In this document: positions 54,372-64,000 of the stretch, piece after piece | Numbering within the stretch: the first letter of the stretch is position 1 | How the letters are laid out: each line of letters opens with the position of its first letter | Assembly: GCA_035547835.1 (NCBI GenBank) | Contig: DASZTW010000007.1 | Coordinates: forward strand, 198,955 to 262,954 | DNA from: Acidimicrobiales bacterium | GTDB taxonomy: Bacteria > Actinomycetota > Acidimicrobiia > Acidimicrobiales > Iamiaceae | Direction of reading: 5' to 3' | DNA: 64,000 nucleotides | Notes under the pieces: generated by a model | The model's input: only the letters and a program-made list of their open reading frames with translations | Database searches by the model: none | Told to the model about the DNA's origin: nothing | Made by a program: the position numbers and the translations under genes

Positions 54372-55198
54372 CCTCGGACCAGACGGCGGGCGACGAGCCG
54401 GCGGAACCGAGCAGTCCGGGTCGCGCCGTGCGCCCGCTCGGCGTCGGCGACAAGGTGCTGCTGATCGACGACAAGCGCCGTCGTTACCTGATCACGCTCG
54501 CGGAGGGCGGTGAGTTCCACTCCCACGCCGGCTACCTGGCGCATGAGGAGCTGATCGGGCGCGACGAAGGCATCACCGTGCGCTCCACGCGGGGCGCACG
54601 CTTCGTCGTCTTCCGTCCCACGCTCGACGACTTCGTGCTCAAGATGCCCCGCGGCGCCCAGGTGATCTATCCGAAGGATCTCGGACCGATCTTGATGCTC
54701 GCCGACATCTCGCCGGGTGTCCGGGTGCTCGAGTCCGGGGTGGGATCCGGCGCGCTGTCGATGGCCATGCTGCGCGCCGGCGCCGTCGTCACCGGCTACG
54801 AGCTGCGCGACGACTTCGCCAACCGGGCACGCACCAACGTGCAGGGCTTCCTCGGCGACGATGCGATGTCGCGCTACTCGGTCGAGACGCGCGACTGCTA
54901 CGAGGGCATCGACGAGACCGATCTCGATCGGGTGGTGCTCGACCTGCCCGAGCCGTGGCAGGTCGTGAAGCACGCGGAGCGCGCGCTGCGACCCGGCGGC
55001 ATCCTCGTCGCCTACACCCCGTCGATCATTCAGGTGTCCCAGCTGCGCGACGGCCTGGCCGGGGCCGGCTTCGCGCTCGCCGGGACCCTCGAAGTCCTCC
55101 ACCGCACCTGGCACGTCGAAGGTCATGCGGTTCGGCCCGACCACCGGATGGTCGCCCACACCGGGTTCTTGACCCATGCCCGAAGAGTGACGACCTGA
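54368..55198 (+). CDS. trmI: tRNA (adenine58-N1)-methyltransferase
   Basis: Trimmed to MTSDQTAG (ATGA overlap with the previous gene). GCD14/TrmI layout: PRGAQVIYPKD, ESGVGSGALS, LDLPEPW. Confidence 0.85.
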   Translation: MTSDQTAGDEPAEPSSPGRAVRPLGVGDKVLLIDDKRRRYLITLAEGGEFHSHAGYLAHEELIGRDEGITVRSTRGARFVVFRPTLDDFVLKMPRGAQVIYPKDLGPILMLADISPGVRVLESGVGSGALSMAMLRAGAVVTGYELRDDFANRARTNVQGFLGDDAMSRYSVETRDCYEGIDETDLDRVVLDLPEPWQVVKHAERALRPGGILVAYTPSIIQVSQLRDGLAGAGFALAGTLEVLHRTWHVEGHAVRPDHRMVAHTGFLTHARRVTT

Positions 55199-55217
55199 CT
55201 GAGTACTTTCACCGCCG

Positions 55218-56384
55218 GTGAGCTCGCTCGACGTGATCCTCGTCGCCGCGGCTGCCGCGGCGGCAACGGGCGGCTACCGGCTCGGCCTGTTGATGCGCGC
55301 CACGTCGTGGCTCGGTCTCCTCATAGGTGTCTTCATCGTCTCGCGGTTCTTGCCGTTCACGCTGCGCGAGCTGCGCACCGACCTCCAACCCGACGCCCTG
55401 CTCCTCGTGGCGGTCGGCATCCTCGCCTTTGGCGGGTTGGTGGGCCAAGCGCTCGGCTTGGTGGTCGGACAGCGCCTGCACCTCGCCATCCGCACGCGCC
55501 GGCTCCGACGGATCGACCACGTGCTGGGCGCGGTCGGCGGTGTGCTCGGCGTGCTGCTGGCGATCTGGGTGCTGGCCCCCGCCATGGCCTCGATCCCGGG
55601 CTGGAGTGCCCGCGAGACGCGCAACTCGGCGATCGTGCGGGAAGTCCACCGCTTCCTCCCGCAGTCACCCGACACCGCGCGCTCGATGCGGCGCCTCCTC
55701 GGCGCCGGCTACCCCGACGTGTTCGACGCGCTGCGTCCCGCCCCGCGCGTGGGCCCTGCGCCATCGGCGAGCGGTCTCACCGAGACGCAGGCCGATCGGA
55801 TCGCGGCGTCGACGGTCAAGGTGCTGGGGCCGGCGTGTGGCCTGGAGCAGGAGGGGAGTGGGTTCGTGGTCGCCCCGGACATCGTGGCCACCAACGCCCA
55901 CGTCGTGGCCGGCGAGAACCGCACGTACGTGTTGCGCGACAACGGCGAGGAACTGCGTGCCGTGCCGGTGGCCTTTGACCCGAAACGAGATCTCGCCTTG
56001 CTGCGTGTCGAGGGGCTCGACCAGCCTGCGCTGCCCCTGCTCGACTCCCAAGAGGGCATGACGGGCGGGGTGTTCGGCCATCCTCACGGCGGGCCGCTCA
56101 CGATCTCGCCGTTCCGCGTCGATCAGGTCACCACGGTCTCCGGCTCTGACATCTACAGCCAGGGACGCACGACGAGACGGGTCCTGTACCTCGCCAGCGA
56201 GCTCGCGCCGGGCGACTCGGGTGCCGCGCTGGTGACCCCGGCGGGTCAGGTGGTCGGCGTCGCGTTCGCCATCGCACCCGACCGGCCGGGGGTGGCGTAC
56301 GCGCTGGCCACGTCGGAGTTGCGGGCCATGCTCGGCACCGCGTCGTCGAGTGAAGTCGACACGGGGAGCTGCGTGGCGGGCTGA
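55218..56384 (+). CDS. MarP-like membrane serine protease (CvpA-like TM domain + trypsin-like domain)
   Basis: Four N-terminal TM helices. Catalytic triad contexts are ATNAHVV, DLALLRV and GDSGAALV. Confidence 0.75.
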   Translation: MSSLDVILVAAAAAAATGGYRLGLLMRATSWLGLLIGVFIVSRFLPFTLRELRTDLQPDALLLVAVGILAFGGLVGQALGLVVGQRLHLAIRTRRLRRIDHVLGAVGGVLGVLLAIWVLAPAMASIPGWSARETRNSAIVREVHRFLPQSPDTARSMRRLLGAGYPDVFDALRPAPRVGPAPSASGLTETQADRIAASTVKVLGPACGLEQEGSGFVVAPDIVATNAHVVAGENRTYVLRDNGEELRAVPVAFDPKRDLALLRVEGLDQPALPLLDSQEGMTGGVFGHPHGGPLTISPFRVDQVTTVSGSDIYSQGRTTRRVLYLASELAPGDSGAALVTPAGQVVGVAFAIAPDRPGVAYALATSELRAMLGTASSSEVDTGSCVAG

Positions 56385-56423
56385 GGAGCCCCGGCCGCGA
56401 CCTGGCGCCGCCCGGACGCGAAA

Positions 56424-56444
56424 GAGAGGCCCTGCGGGCCTCTC
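56424..56444 (-). terminator. Candidate intrinsic terminator downstream of the ferredoxin gene
   Basis: 9-bp stem GAGAGGCCC/GGGCCTCTC with a 3-nt loop. On the minus strand it is followed by TTT (56421-56423). It sits in the convergent gap with the MarP-like gene. Confidence 0.4.
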
Positions 56445-56478
56445 CGTCGGGTGCTGGTGCCCGGTGGCGGGCGACCGT

Positions 56479-58738
<2,260 letters not shown>

Positions 58739-58872
58739 CGGAGGCCGCTCGTCCCTCTCACCCCGAACCGGGTGGGGATGTGGTCGCCGTGGCGACCCGT
58801 CCTTCCCCGGTCGGGTTCGGGCACGAGGTTTGCGGGAGGCTCGCCCGAGGTGGTGCCGATAGGGTCCCGCTC

Positions 58873-60366
58873 GTGGCAACCCACAAGTACTGCGGGATCG
58901 AGACGGAGTACGGCATCGTCCTTCGAGGGGTGGCGGAGTCCAACCCGATCGCCGCGTCGTCGTTGCTGATCAACGCCTACCTGGGCGAGCTCGAAGGGGC
59001 CGATCGCGTCGGGTGGGACTTCGAGGACGAGAACCCGGCGAACGACGCGCGGGGCGCCAGCCCCGCCGGTACGTTGGCGCCCGAGGTCGAGACCCACTTG
59101 GTGAACGCCGTGCTCACCAACGGCGCGCGGTACTACGTCGACCACGCGCACCCCGAGCTCTCCACCCCCGAGTGCGCTGACGCTCGATCGGTGGTGGTGT
59201 GGGACCGCGCTGCGGAAACCATCCTCGTGCGGTCGATGGAGGCGGCGCGGCGGGTCCTCCCACCGGGCCAGGAGATCGTCATCTACAAGAACAACTCCGA
59301 CGGCAAGGGCAACTCCTACGGCTGCCACGAGAACTACTTGATGGACCGTTCGGTGCCCTTCCACCGCATCGTCACCCATGCCACCGCGCACTTCGTCAGC
59401 CGTCAGGTGTACTGCGGGGCCGGAAAGGTCGGAACCGAGCTGGCAGGTGCCTCGAGCCGCGACATCCCGTACCAGCTCACGCAGCGCGCCGACTTCTTCG
59501 AGGCCGAGGTCGGCTTGGAGACCACGCTGAAGCGGCCGATCGTCAACACCCGCGACGAGCCGCACGCCGACGCACAGAAGTACCGGCGCCTGCACGTCAT
59601 CTGCGGCGACGCCAACTTGTCGGAAACCGCCACGTTCTTGAAGGTCGGTACGACGGCCATCGTGTTGGCGATGGTGGAAGACGACGCCACGCCCGATGAC
59701 ATGACGTTCCGCAGCCCCGTGCAGGCCATCCGACGGGTGTCGCACGATCTCGGCTTGCGCCACCCGCTCGAGCTCGTGGACGGGTCGACCATCACTGCGC
59801 TCGACTTGCAGTGGGCCTACCTCGACGCGGCCCAGCGATACGCCGCGTCACACGGCCTCGCCGCGGTGGGTGAGGAGACAGGGAAAGAGGTGCTGGTGGC
59901 GTGGGAGTCGGTGCTCGCCGCGCTCGAGGCCGATCCCGAGCGAGCGGCAGATCGTGTCGACTGGGTTGCCAAGAAGCGCCTGCTCGAGGCTTACCAGGAC
60001 CGCCACGGTGTCGGGTGGGACGACCCACGGGTGGCGGGCCTCGCGCTCCAGTACCACGATCTCCGGCCGGAGCGGAGCTTGGCCGCTCGGGTGGGGCTCG
60101 CGCGGATCGCACAACCCGATGAGATCGAGCGCGCCACCACCTTCCCGCCCCCGGACACCCGCGCCTGGTTCCGCGGCACGTGCCTGAAGAAGTGGGCGCC
60201 AGCCATCATCGCGGCGAACTGGGACTCCATGGTGTTCGACGTCGGTCTTGATCCATTGCGTCGCGTGCCGATGATGGAGCCGGGACGCGGTACCGAAGCC
60301 CAAGTCGGTGACCTGGTCGCCGCCTGTGACACTCCTGCGGAGCTGATCGAGCGGCTCGGCGCCTGA
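58873..60366 (+). CDS. dop: Pup deamidase/depupylase (Dop; Dop/PafA family)
   Basis: KYCGIETEYG, NGARYYVDHAHPE and SYGCHENY match the carboxylate-amine ligase fold. Its position directly upstream of pup favours Dop over PafA. GTG 58873 was chosen as the start. Confidence 0.75.
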   Translation: MATHKYCGIETEYGIVLRGVAESNPIAASSLLINAYLGELEGADRVGWDFEDENPANDARGASPAGTLAPEVETHLVNAVLTNGARYYVDHAHPELSTPECADARSVVVWDRAAETILVRSMEAARRVLPPGQEIVIYKNNSDGKGNSYGCHENYLMDRSVPFHRIVTHATAHFVSRQVYCGAGKVGTELAGASSRDIPYQLTQRADFFEAEVGLETTLKRPIVNTRDEPHADAQKYRRLHVICGDANLSETATFLKVGTTAIVLAMVEDDATPDDMTFRSPVQAIRRVSHDLGLRHPLELVDGSTITALDLQWAYLDAAQRYAASHGLAAVGEETGKEVLVAWESVLAALEADPERAADRVDWVAKKRLLEAYQDRHGVGWDDPRVAGLALQYHDLRPERSLAARVGLARIAQPDEIERATTFPPPDTRAWFRGTCLKKWAPAIIAANWDSMVFDVGLDPLRRVPMMEPGRGTEAQVGDLVAACDTPAELIERLGA

Positions 60367-60466
60367 GCCGCTCGATCAGGCCTCGGGGTCGGGTGGCGTG
60401 GCGCAGCGCCGACCGACCCCTAGGATCACCCCAGGGGCACTCCCCATCTGATCGACAGGAACCACC

Positions 60467-60661
60467 ATGGCAGAACGTGAACAGATCCGCCGACCCGCAC
60501 CGGCTCGTCAGGAAGAGACGGTCGAGGAGGCACCTGCCCGCTCCGAGCAGGGCGAGAAGCTCAAGGCCGAGATGGACGATCTCCTCGACGAGATCGACGA
60601 CGTCCTCGAGACCAACGCCGAGGAGTTCGTCAAGAGCTACGTCCAAAAGGGCGGCCAGTAG
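60467..60661 (+). CDS. pup: Prokaryotic ubiquitin-like protein Pup
   Basis: 64 aa, acidic and disordered. Contains [10 protein letters not shown]...[11 protein letters not shown] with the terminal GGQ. AGGAA lies upstream of the ATG. Confidence 0.9.
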   Translation: MAEREQIRRPAPARQEETVEEAPARSEQGEKLKAEMDDLLDEIDDVLETNAEEFVKSYVQKGGQ

Positions 60662-60796
60662 CTCACTCGGCCACGTGGGTGCTGCGATGACGCGCCCACG
60701 GACGCCAACGGGCGGGCGCGCGCCAGCCACGGAGTTGCGGCCGATGGTCGTCGGGCGCTGCTTGCCGCTGCGGCGTCCCCCGGACGGCTCGGGTGC

Positions 60797-63700
60797 TCAG
60801 GCCCCGTGTTCCGCGACCCGCAGCGGTTCGGCCACTTGCACGAGCGTGGCCGTCGCGTCGCTGATCACGTAACCGCGTCCGACTCCCATGGCCACGTGCT
60901 GCTTGCGAGGGAGCCGCGCGCCCAAGAGGTCGCCGTCGAGATCGGGATCGGGTTGGAGGAGCACTCCTGCCTTCGAGCGTCGCACGGTCTGGGTCCAGTG
61001 ACCGAACAGCGATCGCAAGACGTCGTTACGCCCGGCGATCACCACATGGACGTCGGGACGCGCGTTGGCGAGCAGTTGGGCGAGGCGACCGTCGGCGTCG
61101 TCGAGCGTGTCCGCGTCGTCGACGAGCACGAGCGTGGGGCCGCTCGTCGCCAGAACCCGATCGACCACTTCGCCGATGGCGTCGGCGGTGGTGACCACCG
61201 AGTCGACCAAGGGGCTCTCGCGCAGCGGAGAGCGGCGGGTTGCGACGGCGAGCACAGTGGTCGACGGCGCGGCATCACGGGCGCTCGACGCCAGCGTCAA
61301 CAGCGCAGTGCTGCGCCCCGACCGCGCCGGGCCTGCGACCAGCCCGTGCTCGTGCTCGTACAGCGTCAGCGTGGCCGGGCCGAGATCGGTGTCGCGCCGA
61401 CCGACTGCGAGTGACCACTGCTCGGCGCCCACGGTGCTGGTGCCCCGCACCTCGTCGTGGTCCACGTTCGCGGGCAGCGTCTGGATCCGCCGCGGGCCGC
61501 CGTGCTCGCTGCCGGCCGCGTGGGCGCTTCGATCGACCTCGGCCGCGAGGTCGTCGCCAGGGAGGGCGACGTGGGCCTCGATCCCATCGGCGGCCACGAG
61601 GAACCGGCCGGGCACGAATGTGGGGACCTGCTTGCGGCTGATCGCGAACGCGCTGTAGTCGGTGGGGTCAGCGAGGCGGAAGAGCCACTTGTGTGGGGTG
61701 GCGGTCGCCAAGGTGTGCGGCACGCCGCCGATCCTCGTGGAAGTCATCGCGACGACGATCCCGACTTCGGGCCCGTCGGCGAAGAGGCGGGCGAAGCGGT
61801 CGAGCTCGGCCGCGCCGTCGGGATCGTCGTACGCCGCACGGAACCCTTCGACGTTGTCGACGAGGACCAAGATGCGCGGCTCGTCCGCGCGGCTCGACGG
61901 CGACAGGTCGCGCCGGCGATCGAGCTCGGCGCGAAGAAAGCGGATCAGGCGGATCTGGCGCTCGCGGTCGGTGGCGCTCACCACCGCGCCGCAGTGGGGG
62001 AGGCCGGCGAGCGCATCGAGCCCGCCTGCGGCGAAGTCGAGCACGTACAGGTGCCCGCGGTCAGCTGACCGCGTCCGTGCGAACTCGACGCCGAGCGACG
62101 CGAGCGTCGTGGTGGTGCCTGAGCCGGTTACCCCGTACAGGAGCAGGTTCCCTTCGTGCATCGGCCACGAGATCGGGTAGCGGCGCTGGGCCTCGGGGTT
62201 GTCGGCCAGCGCGACGGACAGGTCGTCGGGGGAGCTCGGCGAATCGGCCGGCCTGAGGTCCGCGAGGTCGTCGAGCGTCAGCCGCTCCGGGAGGGGATCC
62301 GGCCAGGGTTTGCGGGGATTCGGCGCGCCCGACGCTCGGTGCGCCGCGCCGATGGCCGCCACCAACGTCTCGAGGTCGTTGGGTCCGGTGGGCTCCTCCC
62401 GGGGTCGGGCCGGTGCCTCGCCCCTCGGCGAGCGACCGAACACGAAGGGCGCGACGTCGACGGGTGGGCCGGTCTCGGTTGCGGTGCGACCCGACGCCAG
62501 CGCGCTCTGGATCGGGAGGATCTCGCCTTGGCCCACGCGGAAGAAGCCGCGGCCCTTTTGCCGGATGGCGGCTGCGTCCGGGATACCGATGACGTCGGTG
62601 GAGTCCTGGCCGTCCTCGACCTGCAGCGAGATGCGCAGCCGGGTGTTGGTGCGGATCTCGGCGTTGACCGCCGTCGAGGGCTTCTGGGTGGCGAGCAGCA
62701 GGTGCACGCCGAGCGAGCGCCCCCTCGCCGTGAGGTCGGTCAGCGCGCCGATCTCCTCGGCCAGCTCCGAGGCCATGGCGGCGAACTCGTCGATGATCAC
62801 GATGAGGCGCGGGATAGGAGGCAGGCCGGCCAGCTCGGGCGCGCCGGCGTCGCGACGGGTGCGGTAGTCGGCGAGGTCCTTCACGCCGGCGTGGTCGAAC
62901 GCACGCTCACGCTGGAGCAACTCGGCACGCAGGCAGCGCAGCGCCCGGCGCGCGAGGTGGAGGTCGAGGTCGCTGGCCATGCCGACGGTGTGAGGCAGTG
63001 AACCGAGCTCGGTGAACGTCGAGCCGCCCTTGAAGTCGAACAAGCCGAACGTGAGGTCTTGGGGCGAGTACGTGGCGGCGAAGGCGGCGACGAGCGTCTT
63101 CAGCAGCTCGCTCTTGCCGGAGCCGGTGGTGCCGCCGACGAGGCCGTGTGGACCGTGGCGATCCCAGTCGAGCACGAAGGCCGCACGCTCGCCAGCGCCG
63201 ATCGGTGCGCGGAGGTGGAAACCCTGGTTGGCCTGCCATCGCCGCTCGACGTCGGCGACCGTGATCGCGTCGAAGTCGAGCAGGTCGACGAGGGGGACCA
63301 GGTCCGGAAGGCTCCCGCCGACGACTTTGACCTCTGGGTCCTCGAAGCGGCCGAGCGACGATGCCACCACCCGGGCCTCGTCATCGGACATGCCGGCCGC
63401 GAGGAGCTCCACCGCGTGGTCGCCGCTGCGCCGCGGCTCGGTGAGTTCGGCGATGCCCCATTCGTCGACGGTGAGGATGGCCGTGCAGACCGCCGGTAGC
63501 CGGTCGGCGGTGGCTGCCAACACGATCCCGGCTGCCGGACCCGCCGCGCCTCGCAGCGCCTGGCGCGTGGGGCTGTTGCGGCCGACGAGCAACTCGTCGC
63601 CGTCGACGACGAACAGCGTCGTGGGCCCGGTGGCCTCATCGGTGCCGAAGGAGATTCCGGCCCGGTCGGTCGCGGGGGCATCGGCCAGGAGACCCTCCAC

Positions 63701-64000
63701 GAGTTGCGCAGCGTCGATCGGATTCCCGGCCAGGAGCCGTTGCTCGCCGGCCGAGGGCCGCAAGTCGACGGTGTGGGGCAGCCATTTGGCCCACTGCCAG
63801 GCCTTGCCGCCTTCCGATGGTGCGATCACCGCGATGTGCAGGTCCGCAGGGCCATGGTGCACCGCCGCCTGGCACAACAATTGCCGGCCGACAGCCAGAG
63901 CGGAGGCCCGGGGTCCGACGATCCCGATCACGCCTCCGTCGTCGAGGTCGACGACCAGTGGCACTTGGCGCAACGAGGTGTGGCGGCCGAGCGCTGCGGC
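60797..64000 (-). CDS. EccC-like FtsK/SpoIIIE-family type VII secretion ATPase, N-terminally truncated by the window edge
   Basis: The frame stays open to base 64000. A degenerate DUF-like domain (GIVGPRASA) is followed by three FtsK-like domains. Their P-loops are GGTTGSGKSE, GVTGSGTTT and GPARSGRST. Confidence 0.8.
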   Translation of the reverse strand, partial: AAALGRHTSLRQVPLVVDLDDGGVIGIVGPRASALAVGRQLLCQAAVHHGPADLHIAVIAPSEGGKAWQWAKWLPHTVDLRPSAGEQRLLAGNPIDAAQLVEGLLADAPATDRAGISFGTDEATGPTTLFVVDGDELLVGRNSPTRQALRGAAGPAAGIVLAATADRLPAVCTAILTVDEWGIAELTEPRRSGDHAVELLAAGMSDDEARVVASSLGRFEDPEVKVVGGSLPDLVPLVDLLDFDAITVADVERRWQANQGFHLRAPIGAGERAAFVLDWDRHGPHGLVGGTTGSGKSELLKTLVAAFAATYSPQDLTFGLFDFKGGSTFTELGSLPHTVGMASDLDLHLARRALRCLRAELLQRERAFDHAGVKDLADYRTRRDAGAPELAGLPPIPRLIVIIDEFAAMASELAEEIGALTDLTARGRSLGVHLLLATQKPSTAVNAEIRTNTRLRISLQVEDGQDSTDVIGIPDAAAIRQKGRGFFRVGQGEILPIQSALASGRTATETGPPVDVAPFVFGRSPRGEAPARPREEPTGPNDLETLVAAIGAAHRASGAPNPRKPWPDPLPERLTLDDLADLRPADSPSSPDDLSVALADNPEAQRRYPISWPMHEGNLLLYGVTGSGTTTTLASLGVEFARTRSADRGHLYVLDFAAGGLDALAGLPHCGAVVSATDRERQIRLIRFLRAELDRRRDLSPSSRADEPRILVLVDNVEGFRAAYDDPDGAAELDRFARLFADGPEVGIVVAMTSTRIGGVPHTLATATPHKWLFRLADPTDYSAFAISRKQVPTFVPGRFLVAADGIEAHVALPGDDLAAEVDRSAHAAGSEHGGPRRIQTLPANVDHDEVRGTSTVGAEQWSLAVGRRDTDLGPATLTLYEHEHGLVAGPARSGRSTALLTLASSARDAAPSTTVLAVATRRSPLRESPLVDSVVTTADAIGEVVDRVLATSGPTLVLVDDADTLDDADGRLAQLLANARPDVHVVIAGRNDVLRSLFGHWTQTVRRSKAGVLLQPDPDLDGDLLGARLPRKQHVAMGVGRGYVISDATATLVQVAEPLRVAEHGA

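Noticed and set aside
60662-60796. A possible degraded prcB remnant downstream of pup
   Set aside because: Only 135 bp long, with no ORF carrying a Thr-protease-like N-terminus. The overlapping track ORFs are Arg/Pro-rich out-of-frame artefacts.

Overview
This is a very GC-rich, gene-dense chromosomal core region of an actinobacterium. The lineage call rests on markers present in the window: Mpa/ARC-Dop-Pup, a MarP-like protease, FbiC, an EccC-like type VII ATPase and an actinobacterial-type transaldolase. I support about 58 protein-coding genes, one truncated at each edge. I recognised no rRNA, tRNA, CRISPR array, transposase, integrase or prophage.

Gene content, left to right:
- a peptide/nickel-type ABC importer
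- an ArsC-family protein plus an adenylate kinase paralogue
- a lipid-catabolic neighbourhood: enoyl-CoA hydratase, FAD oxidase, glycerophosphodiesterase, acyl-CoA synthetase, acyl-CoA dehydrogenase, hydrolase, patatin, a DUF3151-like protein (family assigned from memory) and a sphingosine-1-phosphate-lyase-like PLP enzyme
- rhodanese and RNase D, a GH13 glucosidase, a ClC channel, TypA
- a LOG-family protein, then EamA-FbiC with a divergent MocR regulator, then an M20 amidohydrolase
- a Ser/Thr kinase convergent with an FN3/beta-propeller - MoxR - DUF58 - transglutaminase-like operon
- tkt-tal-pgl, a two-subunit ADP-forming acyl-CoA synthetase, PBP4, and small membrane proteins
- a ThiS-like/TtuA-like/TrmI operon, MarP, ferredoxin, mpa-dop-pup, and a convergent EccC-like ATPase

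The most interesting observations:
1. A translationally coupled sulfur-carrier + TtuA-type thiolase + TrmI operon. The carrier does not end at its Gly-Gly.
2. The MoxR-operon transglutaminase-like protein appears to have lost its catalytic Cys and His. This operon faces a kinase with an FN3-like ectodomain across a perfect 21-bp hairpin.
3. The pup gene is not followed by prcB/prcA.
4. tkt-tal-pgl lacks zwf/opcA.

All family assignments come from motif reading and recalled family knowledge. No database search was run. Many long antisense ORFs in the track are treated as GC-content artefacts.
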